DNA from: Marsupella aquatica
Taxonomy: Eukaryota; Plantae; Marchantiophyta
Direction: 5' to 3'
Assembly (NCBI GenBank): GCA_973895155.1
Contig: OZ316891.1
Location: 23,621,899-23,685,898, forward strand
Length of the DNA stretch: 64,000 nt
Shown here: piece by piece, positions 1 to 13,838 of the stretch
How the letters are laid out: the number at the start of each line of letters is the position of its first letter
How positions within the stretch are numbered: position 1 is the stretch's first letter
The notes under the pieces: generated by a model
Databases searched by the model: none
Seen by the model: the letters and a program-made list of their open reading frames with translations, nothing else
Told to the model about the DNA's origin: nothing
Program-made: the position numbers and the translations under genes

Positions 1-2571
1 CTGAATCCGAGCTGGGGTATTGACTGCTTCAACATGTGATCTGGTCACATTTGCTGTGTCATTGAAAGCGTCAGGAATCTTTTCCAACATTTCGTGGAGA
101 TGTAATAAGCGCCTTACCTCCTCGTCTGCACTTTGAGTTCTTGGATCTTGATTGAGTAGATTTCTGCTATTCCAATTGAGCTGTACTGGTGTTATGTCGT
201 GTGATGTAGTTGGCGCCTTAAGTAATGAGGGGAAAATTTCCTCATAGAAATGGCAGTCAGCGTGTCTTGCTTTAAATACATCAGCTGTGCTAGGTTCCAG
301 ATAGCGGATAATAGACGAGGAGTCATGGCCAATATAAATACCTTCTCTCCTCTGTGGGCCAAGTTTGGATCGATGTGGCCCAAGGATGGGTACCATCACT
401 TTACATCCGAATACTCTAATGTGTGAAAGATCAGGGGGTAAACCGAATGCAAGGTGATGAGGGGTTTTAGTATTAAATGCTGACGGCCGATACTTAAGCA
501 AAGTTGTTGCATGGAGGACAGCGTGTCCCCATGCTGAAGGTGGTAGTTTAGAGTTCAATAGAAGTGGCCTTGTTATCATTTGAATCCTTTTTATGACTGA
601 CTCTGCTATGCCGTTCTGGAAATGGACGTAAGGAACTGAGTATTCAATGTCGATCCCCGCTGTCATACAGAAGTCGTCAAATGCTCTGGAGGTAAATTCC
701 CCTGCCCCGTCCACTCGCGATTTCTTAATTGGACAATCTGGGAATTGTACTCGAAGTTTTAATAAGTTGGCTAAGATTCTGGCAAAGACCAGGTTACGAG
801 TAGAAATTAATGAAACTTGGAGCCATTTAGTTGAAGAGTCTACAATGGCTAAAAAATATCTGAAAGGCCCACTTGGAGGGTGTATTGGCCCGCAGACATC
901 AGCATTTAGACGTTCCAGGAATTTAGGGATAGTATAGATGGTCTTTTGTGTAGCTGGGCGTGTACTCAGCTTCCCCTGAGAACATGCCAGACATTGCTTA
1001 TGATTTATAGATGGACGCACTCCTTTAGGGATTCCTCGTGAGTCATTGATGATGCTATGGTACATATTTATTCCCGGGTGCCCCAGTCGACAGTGCCAGA
1101 GGTATGTAAGATTATTTGATTCTGCTGTGGCATAGTTCGCTGTTATTGGGGCTGCATATAAACCCGGGGGTATTAGAGGTAGTATCTCTTTGATTTGAAT
1201 TCCATCTGTGGTCATGGCTACTATTTGCAAAGTAGGTTTCTGCTGGAGCATTGCTGTGCGGAGTTGATAATTATTAGCAACAACGTCTTTGAAGCTAATC
1301 AAATTTCGAGTAGCTTTTGGTGCAAAGATAGCTGCTTCGATGTTAATGACTGTTCCTTGGGGAAATTTGACAGTAGCCTTTCCTGTTCCTTCCTCAATCT
1401 TATTCGTACCTGATATGGTTGTCATTACCCTGGCAGATGGAGTGATGTCTTGGAAATAACTCCTATCTTTTAGGATAGTGTGGGATGTCCCACTATCAAT
1501 GATACCTAAATTGGGATCGTTGGAGGAGGGATATGGTGGCTCTGCTGTCACCAGATGAGCTTCAGCGTTGGATTGGTCTATCATATCAGTTTCTTCTCGA
1601 TAAGATGGTAGCTCCTCTTCCAATTCCATATAGTTGCCATCTGGATTTTGCTTTAACTTAGCTCTTGCTTCTGAGTGCCTCTTAGCCGCTTGGTCAGAAG
1701 CCCAGCAGTCTTTCTTTAGGTGGCCAATTTTTCCACATCTATAACACATTCGGTCTTCTCGTGTGTTGTCAGATGATTGGGCGTGACCTCTGCCGCATCC
1801 TCTTCCTCTACCCCGGCCACGGCTTCTGCTGCCTCAACCTCTGGTATTTTCATACTGATTTCCCCTTCCACTATAATTTGAGTTGCGACCTCGTCCTCTA
1901 TATCCACCTCTTTGTGTACCCCGGCCTCTTATATTTCGTTGTTGGTCTTCTGGGGCATTGTAATTAATTTCTGGTTTCTGTGGTATTGGTGCAGTGCCTG
2001 GTGGTCGTTTCCTTGCATTCTGTAGAGAGACAATTTGTTGTTTCTCCTCTACTAGGAGATGTGCAATTAAGTTAGAATAAGTTGTGAATTGCATATTCCT
2101 GTATTGAGTTCCCAAGGCGATGTTGGCCTCTGGGAAAGTACTCAACGTTTTATCGATTTTGTCTAAGTCTGCAACTGGGTGGCCACACATCTCTAATTGA
2201 GATGTAATACGAAATAGAGAACTATTATAATTTGCTATAGAAGTATGATCCATGACACGTAGATTAAACCAATCCCTGCAGGCTTCTGGGAGCCAGACCT
2301 CTCGCATATGGTCAAATCGAGCTTTTAATTTGTCCCATAATAGACGGGGATTAAGATCACTCATATATTGTGTCTTCAGTGATGGTGTCAAATGCTGTCT
2401 AAGTAGAAATACAGCTTTGGCCTTCTGTTGCAATGTTAAATTGTCATCAGTAATTAATGTATCCTCTAGTTGTATTGATGCGAAGTAGGTCTCTACATCT
2501 ATTGACCAGGTTAAGTAATTATTGCCATCTGCCAATAGGGCTGGAAAGTGTAATTTCTCCAGGGTGGCCAT
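1..2571 (-). pseudogene. gag-pol: Copia gag-pol (Gag, CCHC, protease, integrase), frameshifted
   Basis: ORF 1834-2571 MATLEKLHFPALLADGNNYLTW; protease IDSG near 1490; integrase motifs HADVCGP and DGAGEF; frameshift near 1830. Confidence 0.85.
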
Positions 2572-3023
2572 AGTATCTCAAATCTGTAACAAATCACTGT
2601 CCGCGTTCTGATTAATATCAAATCTATGTCGTTCTCAATTACTTCAATCACTCGTGCCTTTTTATCCACGGGATTTTCCTTGGCGATAAAAGAAACTCAG
2701 GATTTCCGTGGCGGAACAATAAGATATAAAAAAATTGAGTCAAATTTGAACGGGAAAACACTATTTCAAAGTGATTCATGCCTCTCCGATAGTGTCACTA
2801 ATCAATTATATACGGATTGTGTGTTTTCCGTAAGGATTCGTGGACTATTCAGAGGATCCGAAGTTTAAATTATGGTGTGATTTGAATCGGTGGCAGTTAC
2901 TGATGTGGGGTGGGGCTAAAAACGCAATATTGGAAGTCAATTTCTTTGTCTGAAAGCCGTACTCCAATTATCCTACCTTAACTCCAAACTGAAAAAAAAT
3001 TAGATGCTATTGTGCTGATAACG

Positions 3024-3187
3024 TGTTGTGTGACAATGGAGAGACTTGCAACTCGCTGTTGTGTTCCATTATGGGTGTGACTTATATAGTCACCATAGGG
3101 TTACATGTTGGGGTTGGTGTTAACCCATGTTACCCCTTCAGGATAGGGTTAGGGGTTAACCATGGTCTAGAGTAAATGGTTACAACA
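3024..3187 (-). repeat. 5' LTR of the Bianca-like Copia
   Basis: TG...CA termini with 6-bp inverted ends, flanked by a half-tRNA-Ile-type PBS. Confidence 0.85.
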
Positions 3188-3612
3188 CATATCTGTTTAT
3201 AACCATTATGCAATTCATGAGCATGGTTTGCATTGGGATGATGTGAATAGGACAGATAGACAAAATTGGGCTGGCCCACAACAAATAGCTTCAAGGAGAG
3301 TGCAGGCCTGCCTGCATCATATGTATGAGCGACGAGATGTTTGTCATGACAAAAGCTTTGGGACCATGATATACTTGGAGGTTTGTGCAAACTACATAGA
3401 TATTTTCTTCTCTGTTAAGCATGACCTAAGAACCCGTGTTGTCTTGGCATCAAAGGTATCTTGGTTCTTCCGATTGTGGAGGCTATGGTTGAGGTATGGT
3501 GATCATTCTGTGACAGGGAATGCTGGATCTATCATAGAGAAGAACATGATTTCTGTGCAGGCTTTCCATGATATCAACATGTCTTGTCATTTTGTAGTAT
3601 TGTTAATTTGTG
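3188..3612 (+). pseudogene. Putative DDE transposase (P-element/THAP9-like), fragment 1
   Basis: Open frame ...DRQNWAGPQQIAS...SCHFVVLLIC that joins in frame to 49078 (AFRDKF) once the 3613-49073 insert and one TGTG copy are removed. Confidence 0.6.
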
Positions 3613-3748
3613 TGTCGTGCGCATACATATCGCTACACAACATACATCGCTTGTCTCATACATCCAGACATAGTCACACTGCCACATCACAAACACAAGA
3701 GAATGGAATACAAGTGGAACTCATGTCCACACATGTCCAAAACCCACA
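3613..3748 (-). repeat. Repeat Y, terminal copy (136 bp)
   Basis: Matches 10405-10540 with about 2 mismatches; TG...CA ends. Confidence 0.95.
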
Positions 3749-4022
3749 ATAATCTCAATACAATCGGCACAACGATCCCGGTCAACAATACCCCATCGAT
3801 CCCGCACCGATCCGATCACACACGTATGTCAAGCCAACGCACCTTGCACTACTCAAGGAATCCACGTTACACAAGCGGAGCTCACAGCCACCATAGCCAC
3901 ACTCAAGCTCCTCTCTCTCCAAGGCTCAACATTGAAAGATGACCTTTCAATGTTTCACAAGTGAGAAGTACCCTCTCACACAAACCTGACGGAACCTTAT
4001 CGGCTCCAATAGCACTCATACC

Positions 4023-7000
4023 TGTTAGGAATTGACTCTAGTTCCCGACATAGTTAGCTTGGCCTTACTCGGGTTAGTTTTAACCCTAGATTACATTAGG
4101 ATAAGATCCGCTTAGTTTAGGCCCACTCATCTTGGCCCCCTTGGGGGGTATAGGCTGGAGGGAGAGCACTCTCTCCCTCATTCTTCACATATACTCTCAT
4201 TTGCTATGGAGCCTTCAGGAGTTTCTCCACTCGGGTGGTCTCGTCGGTGTAGCGTCTGATTGAGTGTCTCTCATGTTTCCGCATTGTTGTCTAGTCCGGA
4301 GCCGACGGTTTCTTACAAGTGGTATCAGAGCTTCGTGTTCGTGGTTCGGTGGCCTGGGCAGTGATGAGAGCGATCGTTGTGTTGGATCGTGGTGAAAGAT
4401 TGAATCGTCGTCGACGGTTGCGTGATCTTTTCACTGGCCGTTTCATTTTGAAGGATTCGTGTTCAGAAAGGGTGACGGTTTTCCAATTGTAACTTCTTTG
4501 AAGTGTTGGATGTGTCACTGTGTTTTTCTGAAGGGATTGTTGGGTGTCCAGTCCAACGATCTTCTATGCACGTCGGTATGCACTAAGTTCTGGCGAAAGT
4601 TTCATTACTTTTCGTTTTCCGAGTGCGGAGTAATCTCATCTTGAGTTTGCTGTTAAGAGCTTGATGCTCTAGGTTATGCTTTGTTTATGTTTCGACTCTT
4701 CTCGTTGTGGGGCCAGTGGGGCCGTTTTCCTTCTTGTTAAAAGTCAAGTTTTTGTAAGCCAAAGTTGCAAAATTTTGCTTGTTGGGCTTTTCTCTCGAGT
4801 CGCCGCTGCGCAACATTTTTCGGCGGAGCGGCAGGAAAGTACGAGAGGACTACCAGGGTGAGTGTACAAGCCCCATCATACGTACGCCTATACGTGGCGG
4901 TACGAGGCCAAAGGCACAAGCAGGTGGGCGGGGTACAACTGTACCCGAAGGTACAGTGGGAAGAGGGAGCTCCCTCCTCACGGGAGTATTTTCCTGCAGG
5001 CCCAAGGTGTGAGCAGGTACAACTGTACCTGCAAGTACAGTACTTGAAAGTACTGCATTAAGTGGGAAGGGAAGGATTTGTGCTCCCTTCTTACGGGAGT
5101 CATTTTCTTTGGGCACAAGGCCCTATGAGCATTGAAGAGGGGGAGAGGGGGAGCGAGCACTCCTTTCCCTTGGGAGTTTTTAATTAGGCTCAAGGCCCTA
5201 TGCTGCAGCTTGGAGAAGGGGTGAGAGGGGAGTTTTAATGCTCCCTCCTTTCGGGAGCACTTAAGTGGTTTCAAGGGCACGAGGCCCTATAAATGTACGA
5301 GCTAGCCAGGAGGGCTCAGGTGCATTTAAGGAGGGTACGAGGAAGTATTTAAAGGGTCAATGCGCGACCCTATGTGCGGGAGGGCAAGGCACGGAAAAGT
5401 TTTTTTAAAGAATTTTTTGAGGTCGGTAGGGACGAACTCTCGTCCCTAGTCTTCATTTTTTTTTGTTCTTTTCTTTTTCTCTCCGCGATTACTCTTACTT
5501 CCCAGGTGGACAGGTGTTGGCTCCACATTTCTTCTGCTGTAAAATTCGACTGTACTTTGATTCCCTCCGAAAGATACTTTTCCAGAGAGCTGAATTATGG
5601 ACAAAATTTCCGAATTCGGCGGTTGTTGAGGCAGAATTTTTTCGCACTGCTTTGCAAGGGGATACTCAAGGGAGTTGAGCACGGGCCTGTGAAATCGATT
5701 TGCATTTAACTATTGCGAAATTTTTTCGGGACCTAAGATACCCGACGGGGGTCAAAACGGCCATTTTGACCCCCCTCCGGTCCGGGTTGAATAAGTTTTC
5801 GCTGGAGAAGTTTTTTGCCAAATCATTTTCAGATCTTGGTAGTGTACCTTGCAGGCTACGCGGCAGTGCATTCCATTTCCACTTTCACCAACTTTCATTT
5901 TTTGGTGACTTTTTGGGTGGAGGTATTTCGGTTGTGTTTCCTGTGTGTTTGTGGCAGCATCAATGACTTCAAGAAAGCTTGCGGCGCCAAAGTTTGAGGT
6001 GGAGAAGTTTGACGGGAAGGTCAGCTTCAGCCTCTGGACTCGGAAGGTGACCAATGTGTTGATCCAGCAGGGTCTTGAGAAGACCCTCACTAGAGTGAAA
6101 CCCTCGAATCTAACAGATGAGGAGTGGGAGGACATGTCGGTGCAGGCGTGTAGCACAATTGAGTTGTTCTTGGCAAACAACATTCTCAAGAACGTGTTGG
6201 GGATGGATTGGAATGCCAAGAAAATCTGGGATATGCTTACTCAGCTATACCAGAGTACTTCGTTGACTACTCGCATTTATCACTTGGAGCGGCTGTTCAG
6301 GTTGAAGTTGAAGGATGGTGGCAACATGCGTGATCACCTCAGTCTCTTTGATGAGATTGTGCACGAGGTGGCCACGGCGGGAGACAAGTTGACCGATGAG
6401 TATCTTGCGATGCATTTGTTGATGTCGCTTCCTCAGAGCTATTCGACGTTGGTGACAGTCATCACACATGACAAGTCTACGTTGAAGTTGGATGAGGTAA
6501 AGGCTACCATTCTTGCAAAATGGGGCAAGCGACAACTTTTTGGCCGTGACAATGAGTCTGCTGCCCTAGTGGTTAGAGGCAGATCGACGGAGCGTACTAC
6601 GGATCAGTCTAGATCTAAATCACATAGTAGATCTAAATCTAAGTCCCGTAGTAAGAAAGTGCAGTGTTGGCATTGCCATGAGAAGGGCCACACCAAGTGG
6701 AATTATCCTTCTCTGTCAAAGCAGAAGCATCCTGCTTCCAATGGTGCGTCCTCATCGTCGGCTGGTATTGTGATTGCTGATAATGAGGATGCTGCTGAAG
6801 TGCTATGTATTGGTGCTGTGAATTTTGTGTATGACAATAAATGGATGTTGGATTCGGGTTCCTCTTATCACGTGTGTCCAACGCAATCATATTTCTCCAC
6901 TTACCAACCTTGTACCGGTACTGTGGAAATCGGAAATGGAGTCCGATGTGCGATTGTTGGCATGGGGACTATCAAATTCCGGATGTTTGATGGTGTTGTG

Positions 7001-10000
7001 CGAGCACTGATGGGAGTCAGACACATACCAGACATCTCTAAGAATTTGATTTCTCTTGGTGCTTTGGAAGCTGGTGGATCTCATTTCATTGCACGTGATG
7101 GTGCGCTCTTTGTCGTCAAAGATGATGTATCTTTGATTAAGGCGCTACGGCAGAATAATTTGTACATCTTGGAAGGAGATGTCATTGCTCCTAGAGTGGA
7201 GCATGTGGATTATGTGGTGGAATGTTTGGATGCAGCGGCAACATCTGCTGTAGAGTCATCTACGGCTGCTTCAATTGAAGCACCCTCAACATCTGGTCGC
7301 ACACAAGCCATAGATTTGTGGCATGCACGGTTGGGGCACTTGAGTGGTAAAGGATTGGCAGCCTTGGAAAACAGAGATTTGTTTCAAGGCGCTCAATCTG
7401 GTAAACTCTCTTTCTGTGAAGATTGCATCTTTGGCAAGCAGAGGAGAGTGAGTTTCAGTTCTAGTTCATACCATTCTCATGAAATTCTTGAGTATGTACA
7501 TTCGGATGTTTGGGGTCCAGCGCCGGAGCCGTCGTTGGGTGGAGCCAGATATTTTGTGACGTTTGTAGATGATTACTCTCGAATGTGTTGGTTGTACTAC
7601 ATGAAGGAGAAGTCTCAAGTCTTTGAGATTTTCAAGGAGTGGAAAGCCATGGTAGAACTACAAACTGGGAAGGAGTTGAAGTGTGTTCGGTCCGATAACG
7701 GTGGCGAGTATAAGTCCAATGAGTTTGATCAATTTGGTCGAGACCTTGGCCTCAAGCGTCATTACACTGTACCGGAGACCCCGCAGCAGAATGGAGTTGC
7801 AGAACGGTTGAATCGGACATTATTGGAGAAAGCACGTAGCATGCTATGTAAGTCCAAGTTGCCCAACAACTTTTGGGCTGAAGCTGTCAACCAAGCTGCA
7901 TACGTCTACAATCTGTCACTGCATAGTAGTAAGTTGATGCAGACTCCATTTGAGTTGTGGTATAAGAGACCTGCTGATTACTCTAGACTCTGAGTTTTTG
8001 GTTGTGCTGCCTATGTTCACATTGAGCAGACACACAGGTCTAAGTTGGATCCCAAGTCTAAGAAATGTATTTTTCTAGGCTTTAGTCCTGGGCAGAAGGG
8101 CTATAAATTGTGGGATCCTGTCGATTGCAAGGCAGTTGTGAGCATAAATGTTGTTTTTGACGAAGAATGGTTGTCAAGACCCCGGGATATTCAGGAGGAA
8201 CAGGTGGAGGAACCCACTACGGTGGAGCTTGGTGGCGATGAGGAAGCTGCTGGTCTCTCTGGTAGAGGTGCAATTCCTCAACCAAGGCGCTCCACCAGGG
8301 CCAATTTTGGCCAACCCCTTGATAGATTTGGTTTTGTAGATCCGCGTGTTCACGTTGTTGAGCATGACGATGATCCTGGTGTTATTTTGCTTACTGAAGA
8401 TGGAGACCCCTCTAGCTATGAAGAAGCTATGGCCTCTCCAGAGAAGGATAAGTGGATGGAGGCGATGTTGAAGGAGATGAATTCTTTGAAGAAGAATTCA
8501 ACTTGGCGCTTAACTGACATGCCTCGCGGGAAAACACTGGTTCCGTGTAGATGGTTGTACAAGAAGAAGCAGGATGGCACTTACAAGGCTCGCCTTGTGG
8601 CCAAAGGGTACACCCAGAAGGAGGGCTTGGACTACACGGAAATTTTCTCACCAGTTGTCAAACTCACTACTATCCGTGTTTTACTTGCGATTGTGGCATT
8701 CTATGATCTTGAGTTAGATCAGATGGATGTAATTACTGCTTTCCTACATGGATTGCTTGATGTGGAGATTTATATGACTCAGCCTCCAGGTTTTATTGAT
8801 GAGAAGACCAGACACTTGGTGTGTAAGCTCTTGCGCTCGTTATACGGATTGAAGCAGAGTCCCAGATAGTGGAATAAGTGTTTTGATTCCTTCATGTTAT
8901 CTCAGGGTTCACACGAAGTGAACATGATTGTTGTATTTACATGAAGGAGGTGGAGAATTACTCACACTTTGGTTACATTGTGCTGGCATTGTACGTGGAT
9001 GACATGCTGATCCTGGCTGAGAATAAGTCTGATGTTGCCCATCTGAAAGCAATGCTGAGTAAGGAGTTTTCAATGAAGGACTTGGGTCAGGCCAAGAAGA
9101 TACTAGGGATGGAGATTCATCGTGACAGGGAGCAAAGGCAATTATGGTTGTCTCAGAGGCAGTATTTGGAGAAGGTACTTGCCAAGTATGGAATGGAGAA
9201 TGCAAAACCAGTTGGTACTCCATTGGCCTCCCACTTTAAACTCTCAAAGAATGATTGCCCTTCTAGTGAGAGTGATAGACTGGCGATGAAACATGTTCCC
9301 TATGATAGTGTTGTGGGTAGTTTGATGTATGCAATGACATGCACTAGACTTGACATTGCCCACGCTGTTAGCATTTTGAGCAGATTTATGGCAAATCCTG
9401 GTAAGCTTCACTGGGAAGCAGTGAAGTGGGTTTTGCGGTATTTGAAAGGTACCTTAGATTGTGGGATCTTATTTGACGGTAAAGCAGACTCTACATTAGA
9501 GTTGGAAGGTTTTGTAGATTCAGATTATGCTGGTAACTTGGATAACAGAAAGTCTACTACAGGCTATGTGTTTATGCTGGGTGGAGGTTGTATCAGCTGG
9601 AAGTTGGCAACTCAATCTTGTGTTGCGTTGTCTACTACTGAGGCTGAGTACATGGCTGCATGTGAGGCAACCAAGGAGTTGATCTGGCTACGGAGATTGG
9701 TGAGTGATCTGGGTCTTTCACCTGAAAGACCGGTGCTACTGTGCGACAGTCAAAGTGCTTTGCATCTGGCTAAGAACCCTGTGTTCCATGCCAGGACAAA
9801 GCACATTGATATTCGTTATCACTTCATCCGTGAGGTGATTGAGACGAAGCAGATGTTTCTGGAGAAGGTGGCTTTAGAGGAGAATGCGGCAGACATGCTT
9901 ACCAAAGTTTTACCTACCAGTAGCTTTAGTCATTGTGTGGATATTATTAATGTTAGGGCCAAACCAGTGACTATGTAAATATGTTACTTAGTTACATATT

Positions 10001-10340
10001 GTATATCACCTGACTCATTGTGTGAACTTGAGTCAAGGTGGAGATTGTTAGGAATTGACTCTAGTTCCCGACATAGTTAGCTTGGCCTTACTAGGGTTAG
10101 TTTTAACACTAGATTACATTAGGATAAGATCCACTTAGTTTAGGCCCACTCATCTTGGCCCCTTTGGGGGGTATAGGCTGGAGGGAGAGCACTCTCTCCC
10201 TCATTCTTCACATGTACTCTCATTTGCTATGGAGCCTTCAGGAGTTTCTCCACTCGGGGTGTCTCGTCGGTGTAGCGTCTGATTGAGTGTCTCTCATGTT
10301 TCCGCATTGTTGTCTAGTCCGGAGCCGACGGTTTCTTACA
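4023..10340 (+). mobile_element. Full-length Ty1/Copia LTR retrotransposon (Tork/Tnt1-like)
   Basis: 295-bp LTRs 4023-4317 and 10046-10340 (about 7 differences); TSD ATACC; PBS TGGTATCAGAGC (tRNA-iMet) at 4320-4331; PPT AAGGTGGAGAT at 10035-10045. Confidence 0.97.
5963..9978 (+). pseudogene. gag-pol: Copia gag-pol polyprotein with stops at ~7991 and ~8867 and a frameshift at ~8915
   Basis: KFEVEKFDGK Gag start, CWHCHEKGH knuckle, LDSG protease, HSDVWGP/SDNGGE integrase, YVDD RT, KHIDIRYH/ADMLTK RNase H. Confidence 0.95.
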
Positions 10341-10404
10341 ATACCAAACGTACATACTCTAATAGCACGATATACTACTACACTACTCAGAATGGTGTGA
10401 CAGC

Positions 10405-10540
10405 TGTCGTGCGCATACATATCGCTACACAACATACATCGCTTGTCACATACATCCAGACATAGTCACACTGCCACATCACAAACACAAGAGAATGGAA
10501 TACAAGTGAAACTCATGTCCACACATGTCCAAAACCCACA
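10405..10540 (-). repeat. Repeat Y, internal copy directly downstream of the PPT
   Basis: 136-bp near-identical copy of 3613-3748, separated from repeat X by the dinucleotide GC (palindrome GACAGCTGTC, 10399-10408). Confidence 0.95.
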
Positions 10541-10715
10541 ATCGCCCCCCTAGCTGGGAGTAAGGTCCCCTAACTCTAGCTAGCCATGAGTTCTACAAGG
10601 TTGATATACACCTTTTTAGGTGTGAAGATCAGGAGGCCGGGTGCAAGTGAGCCCCATCGATCACCTACCTGCAATCCATATCTGCCAAGAGAGCACAAAT
10701 GATAACTAGTCGGCT

Positions 10716-12047
10716 TCACCGACACTGAGGACACAACCATGATCCACTAGGAATCACCTGCAATGGTGGTGTCAAACATGACATGTGCCATCCTCTAGAA
10801 CACTTATCACAAATCAACATAGTAGCTGCTCCTTGAGCAAATCCACACAACATACATTTCAAGCCAGCACAAACATGTGCCAAGCTTGGATCTACTGTAC
10901 CATCAATGTTGGGAAGGTGACATGGTGCACAATTGCGCACATGATCCTTCCAAACCATACCATCGCGTCCCTCCAACATCAGGACACCAGAAGGCAACAC
11001 TTCATGCACACGTAAGATTGTCCGGCCTGCGGTCACATCAAGTGTCGTGGGTGCTGTCTGCTGCAAATAAATATAATCACCAGGATGAAATTGCCGAATG
11101 CTTGCACGATAACCTCCTCCACGAATAGTGGCATACCTCAAAGTATCACAATGTTGGGCAATGGCAAGGTTGTCGAAAGCCATGGGCATCACTCTCTGAA
11201 ATACCCGTGCTCTCTCTGAACACACCTTGATCCAAACATCAGGATCATCCAAGTTCACAACTGATGCAGCATCATGACGAATAGCTGCTGGCAAATCTGG
11301 CTCTCTACCATAGAGCAAAAAGTAAGGTGAGAAGGATGCAAGTGATGCTTGCCGACTGAAACGGTAGCCCATAGCTAACCAAGGTAGCTGGAGATCCCAA
11401 TCTCCCAGATGACCAACCTGCAAGCCATACTTACGCAATCCTCTCTTCACAGTTTGCACAACTCTCTCAGCTAATCCATCTGCCTCAGGATGATCACGAG
11501 AGGTAGTATGATGATCAATCAGAGCTTGTTCACACAAACTCTCAAAATCTCCACGGAACTCAGTTCCCTGATCAGTCAACACCTCAGCTGGTGCTCCAAA
11601 ATGATTGAGTACACGATCCAAAAATGTAGCAGCAACTCCTCCACTGGCTTTATCTGGCAACGCCACTAACTCAATCCACTTGGAGAAGTGCTCCACCATG
11701 ACCAAAACATACCGATTATGACGCTGGGTAAGAGGTAATGGACCAGCAAAATCCAAACTCCAACGATATCCCAAACCCATGATCGGCAACGGGTGCAACT
11801 GGGGAGTGGGAGCATTAAATGATGCTCTCACTCTATCACATACCACACACTTAGCTATCAACTACTGGACATGAGTGTGCATACCACGCCACCAATATTG
11901 TGTCTGCAGCAAGCTGTAAGTGCGCTTTACACCAAAGTGACCCAACTCCTCGTGCGCATGTCGCACCAAATGTACTCTCTGTGATGGTTTTGGGACCACC
12001 AACACTCTACCATCATGCAGTACTCTCAAAAGATGGTTTCCCTCCCA
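10716..12047 (-). CDS. int: DDE integrase with C-terminal PHD finger
   Basis: HHCC zinc finger, WSLDFAGP, TDQGTEF, DGLAER; C-terminus CMLC...ICDKCSRGWHMSCLTPPL...WLCPQC (C4HC3). Confidence 0.92.
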
Positions 12048-13760
12048 TCAAAACCTCTTGGCTCTTTGTAGAACCCTGTCACGTTCGTTGGCATCAACAC
12101 TGCCAACAATAGAACCACTGTGCAGATATTCCAACACTCTCACATCATTGTGAATATCTTGCTGTCCAGAAGTTACCTCACCAACATCCACATCTGAAGA
12201 CTCATCATCCACTCCATCCAATGAGGTAGAGTCCACAGATCCACTGTATGCTGGCACCCAACAAAGAAAGGCAGATGCATGCCATCCTGGCACCATCTCC
12301 TTATCTGACTCATCATGCCATCTGGCTCCAGTCTCATCCTGCTGACTGGTACATGGATTGCGGCTTAATCCATCTGCATCCAAGTTCACTTTTCCAGGCC
12401 TATGCACCACCTGGAAATCATACTCCTGTAACAACAATGCCCATCGTGCAAGCTTCCCTGTAAGCTTGTCAGACTCCATTAACCACTTAAGAGGCTGATG
12501 ATCAGTGATCAAGGTAAAGGGGTTACCAAACAAGTAGCAACGAAAGTGTGCAACAACCCACACTGCTGCCAAACACTCTCCCTCATAAGAGCTATACTTA
12601 GCCTCTGCTGCTGTTTGATCTACTGGCATAAGCCACAACAAACTCATTCCCCTCATCATCCTTCTGAGTTAGCACTGCTCCAAGTCCTACTCCACTCCAA
12701 TCAGTGTGGAGCTGAAATGGTCTACCTGAAATGGGTCTTCTCAAAATAGGGGATGATGCCAACCTTTGCTTCAACTCCTGAAAGGCATGCTCTTGGTCAT
12801 CACCCCAAGTCCATTCCTGATCCAACTTAGTGAGTATGGTTAAAGGTTTAGCAAGCTGGCTAAATCCTTTAACATACCTCCTGTAGTAGCTCGCCAATCC
12901 CAAGAATGCACGAACTCTACTCACATCAGTAGGACAAGGAATCTGTGTAATGGCCTCCACTTTAGTCTGCTGTACACCCAATCCCCCTAGGTATATAGTG
13001 TGGCTCAAATACTCAATCTGGTCTTGGAAGAACTTACACTTGCTAGGATGGAGCTTCAACCCATGTGCTCTCAATCTCTCCAATACAGTCTGCAAGTGCT
13101 ATTGATGTTCTTCCATAGTAGAAGAATAGACCAAAATATCATCAATATAACATCTAACAAAATCCAAACTTGCAAGGATTCGATCCATGACTCTCTGGAA
13201 CTCAGCTGGTGCATTCTTCAACCAAATGGTAAGAATAACCACTGATACAAACGATCTTTGCCATAAGAATCAATCCCCCAGAATGCTGTCTTGGACCTGT
13301 CAGCATGCCTAATTGAAAGCTGATGGTACCCTGCCCTCAAATCCAATGAACTGAAAACCTTTGCATGCCCCACAGCATCAAAGATCTCCTCAGTTGTGGG
13401 CATGGCATATCTATCAGATTTTGTCTGGCGATTAATGGGTCTGTAATCACCACACATGCGCCTATCTGTGTAATTGCCATGCACATCCTTCTTGGCTGGC
13501 ATCACTGTGGCAAATGCATACTCCCCATATGAAATCTCCACCAATCTAGCCTCCAACAAATTTTGAGTTCTGCTTTCAATCAGAGCTCTCTCCATGTCAC
13601 TATAACGGTATGGTCTACGAAAGATTGGCGCATCACTAGCCAATTCAATCTGAATACCAGGGCCCTTCAGTGTCCCCAAATCCTTCATGCTGAATGCAAA
13701 ACAATTCCAATAACTCTTCAGGAATCAATGCATGTGATGTCTCTCCTCCCCTGTTAACTT
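12048..13760 (-). pseudogene. pol: Gypsy reverse transcriptase-RNase H (with stops and frameshifts)
   Basis: RMCGDYRPIN, LDLRAGYHQ, YIDD near 13140, HTDWS, TDHQPL, ADGLSR. Confidence 0.92.
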
Positions 13761-13838
13761 AGGGCCAAGCTGTGGTTCCCAACTCTCCACCAAATCCCTA
13801 ATATCTCTTTGTAGGGTAGAAGAGATAGCCGATGATTG

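Larger units (their letters stand above)
1..3187 (-). mobile_element. Ty1/Copia LTR retrotransposon, Bianca-like; 5' part only (runs off the window start)
   Basis: 164-bp LTR TGTTGT...ACAACA at 3024-3187. Adjacent PBS (plus strand gtgctgataacg, 3012-3023). Gag at 1834-2571, then zinc knuckle, IDSG protease and integrase motifs; homologous to the element at 25284-30650. Confidence 0.9.
3750..10402 (-). repeat. Repeat X, 3' copy (about 330 bp: 3750-4022 plus 10346-10402), split by the Copia insertion
   Basis: Matches 48744-49073 with about 4 mismatches after removing the Copia and one ATACC. Confidence 0.95.

Noticed and set aside
4765-5709. Short ORFs in the Copia 5' leader
   Set aside because: Low-complexity untranslated region with no recognisable domains.
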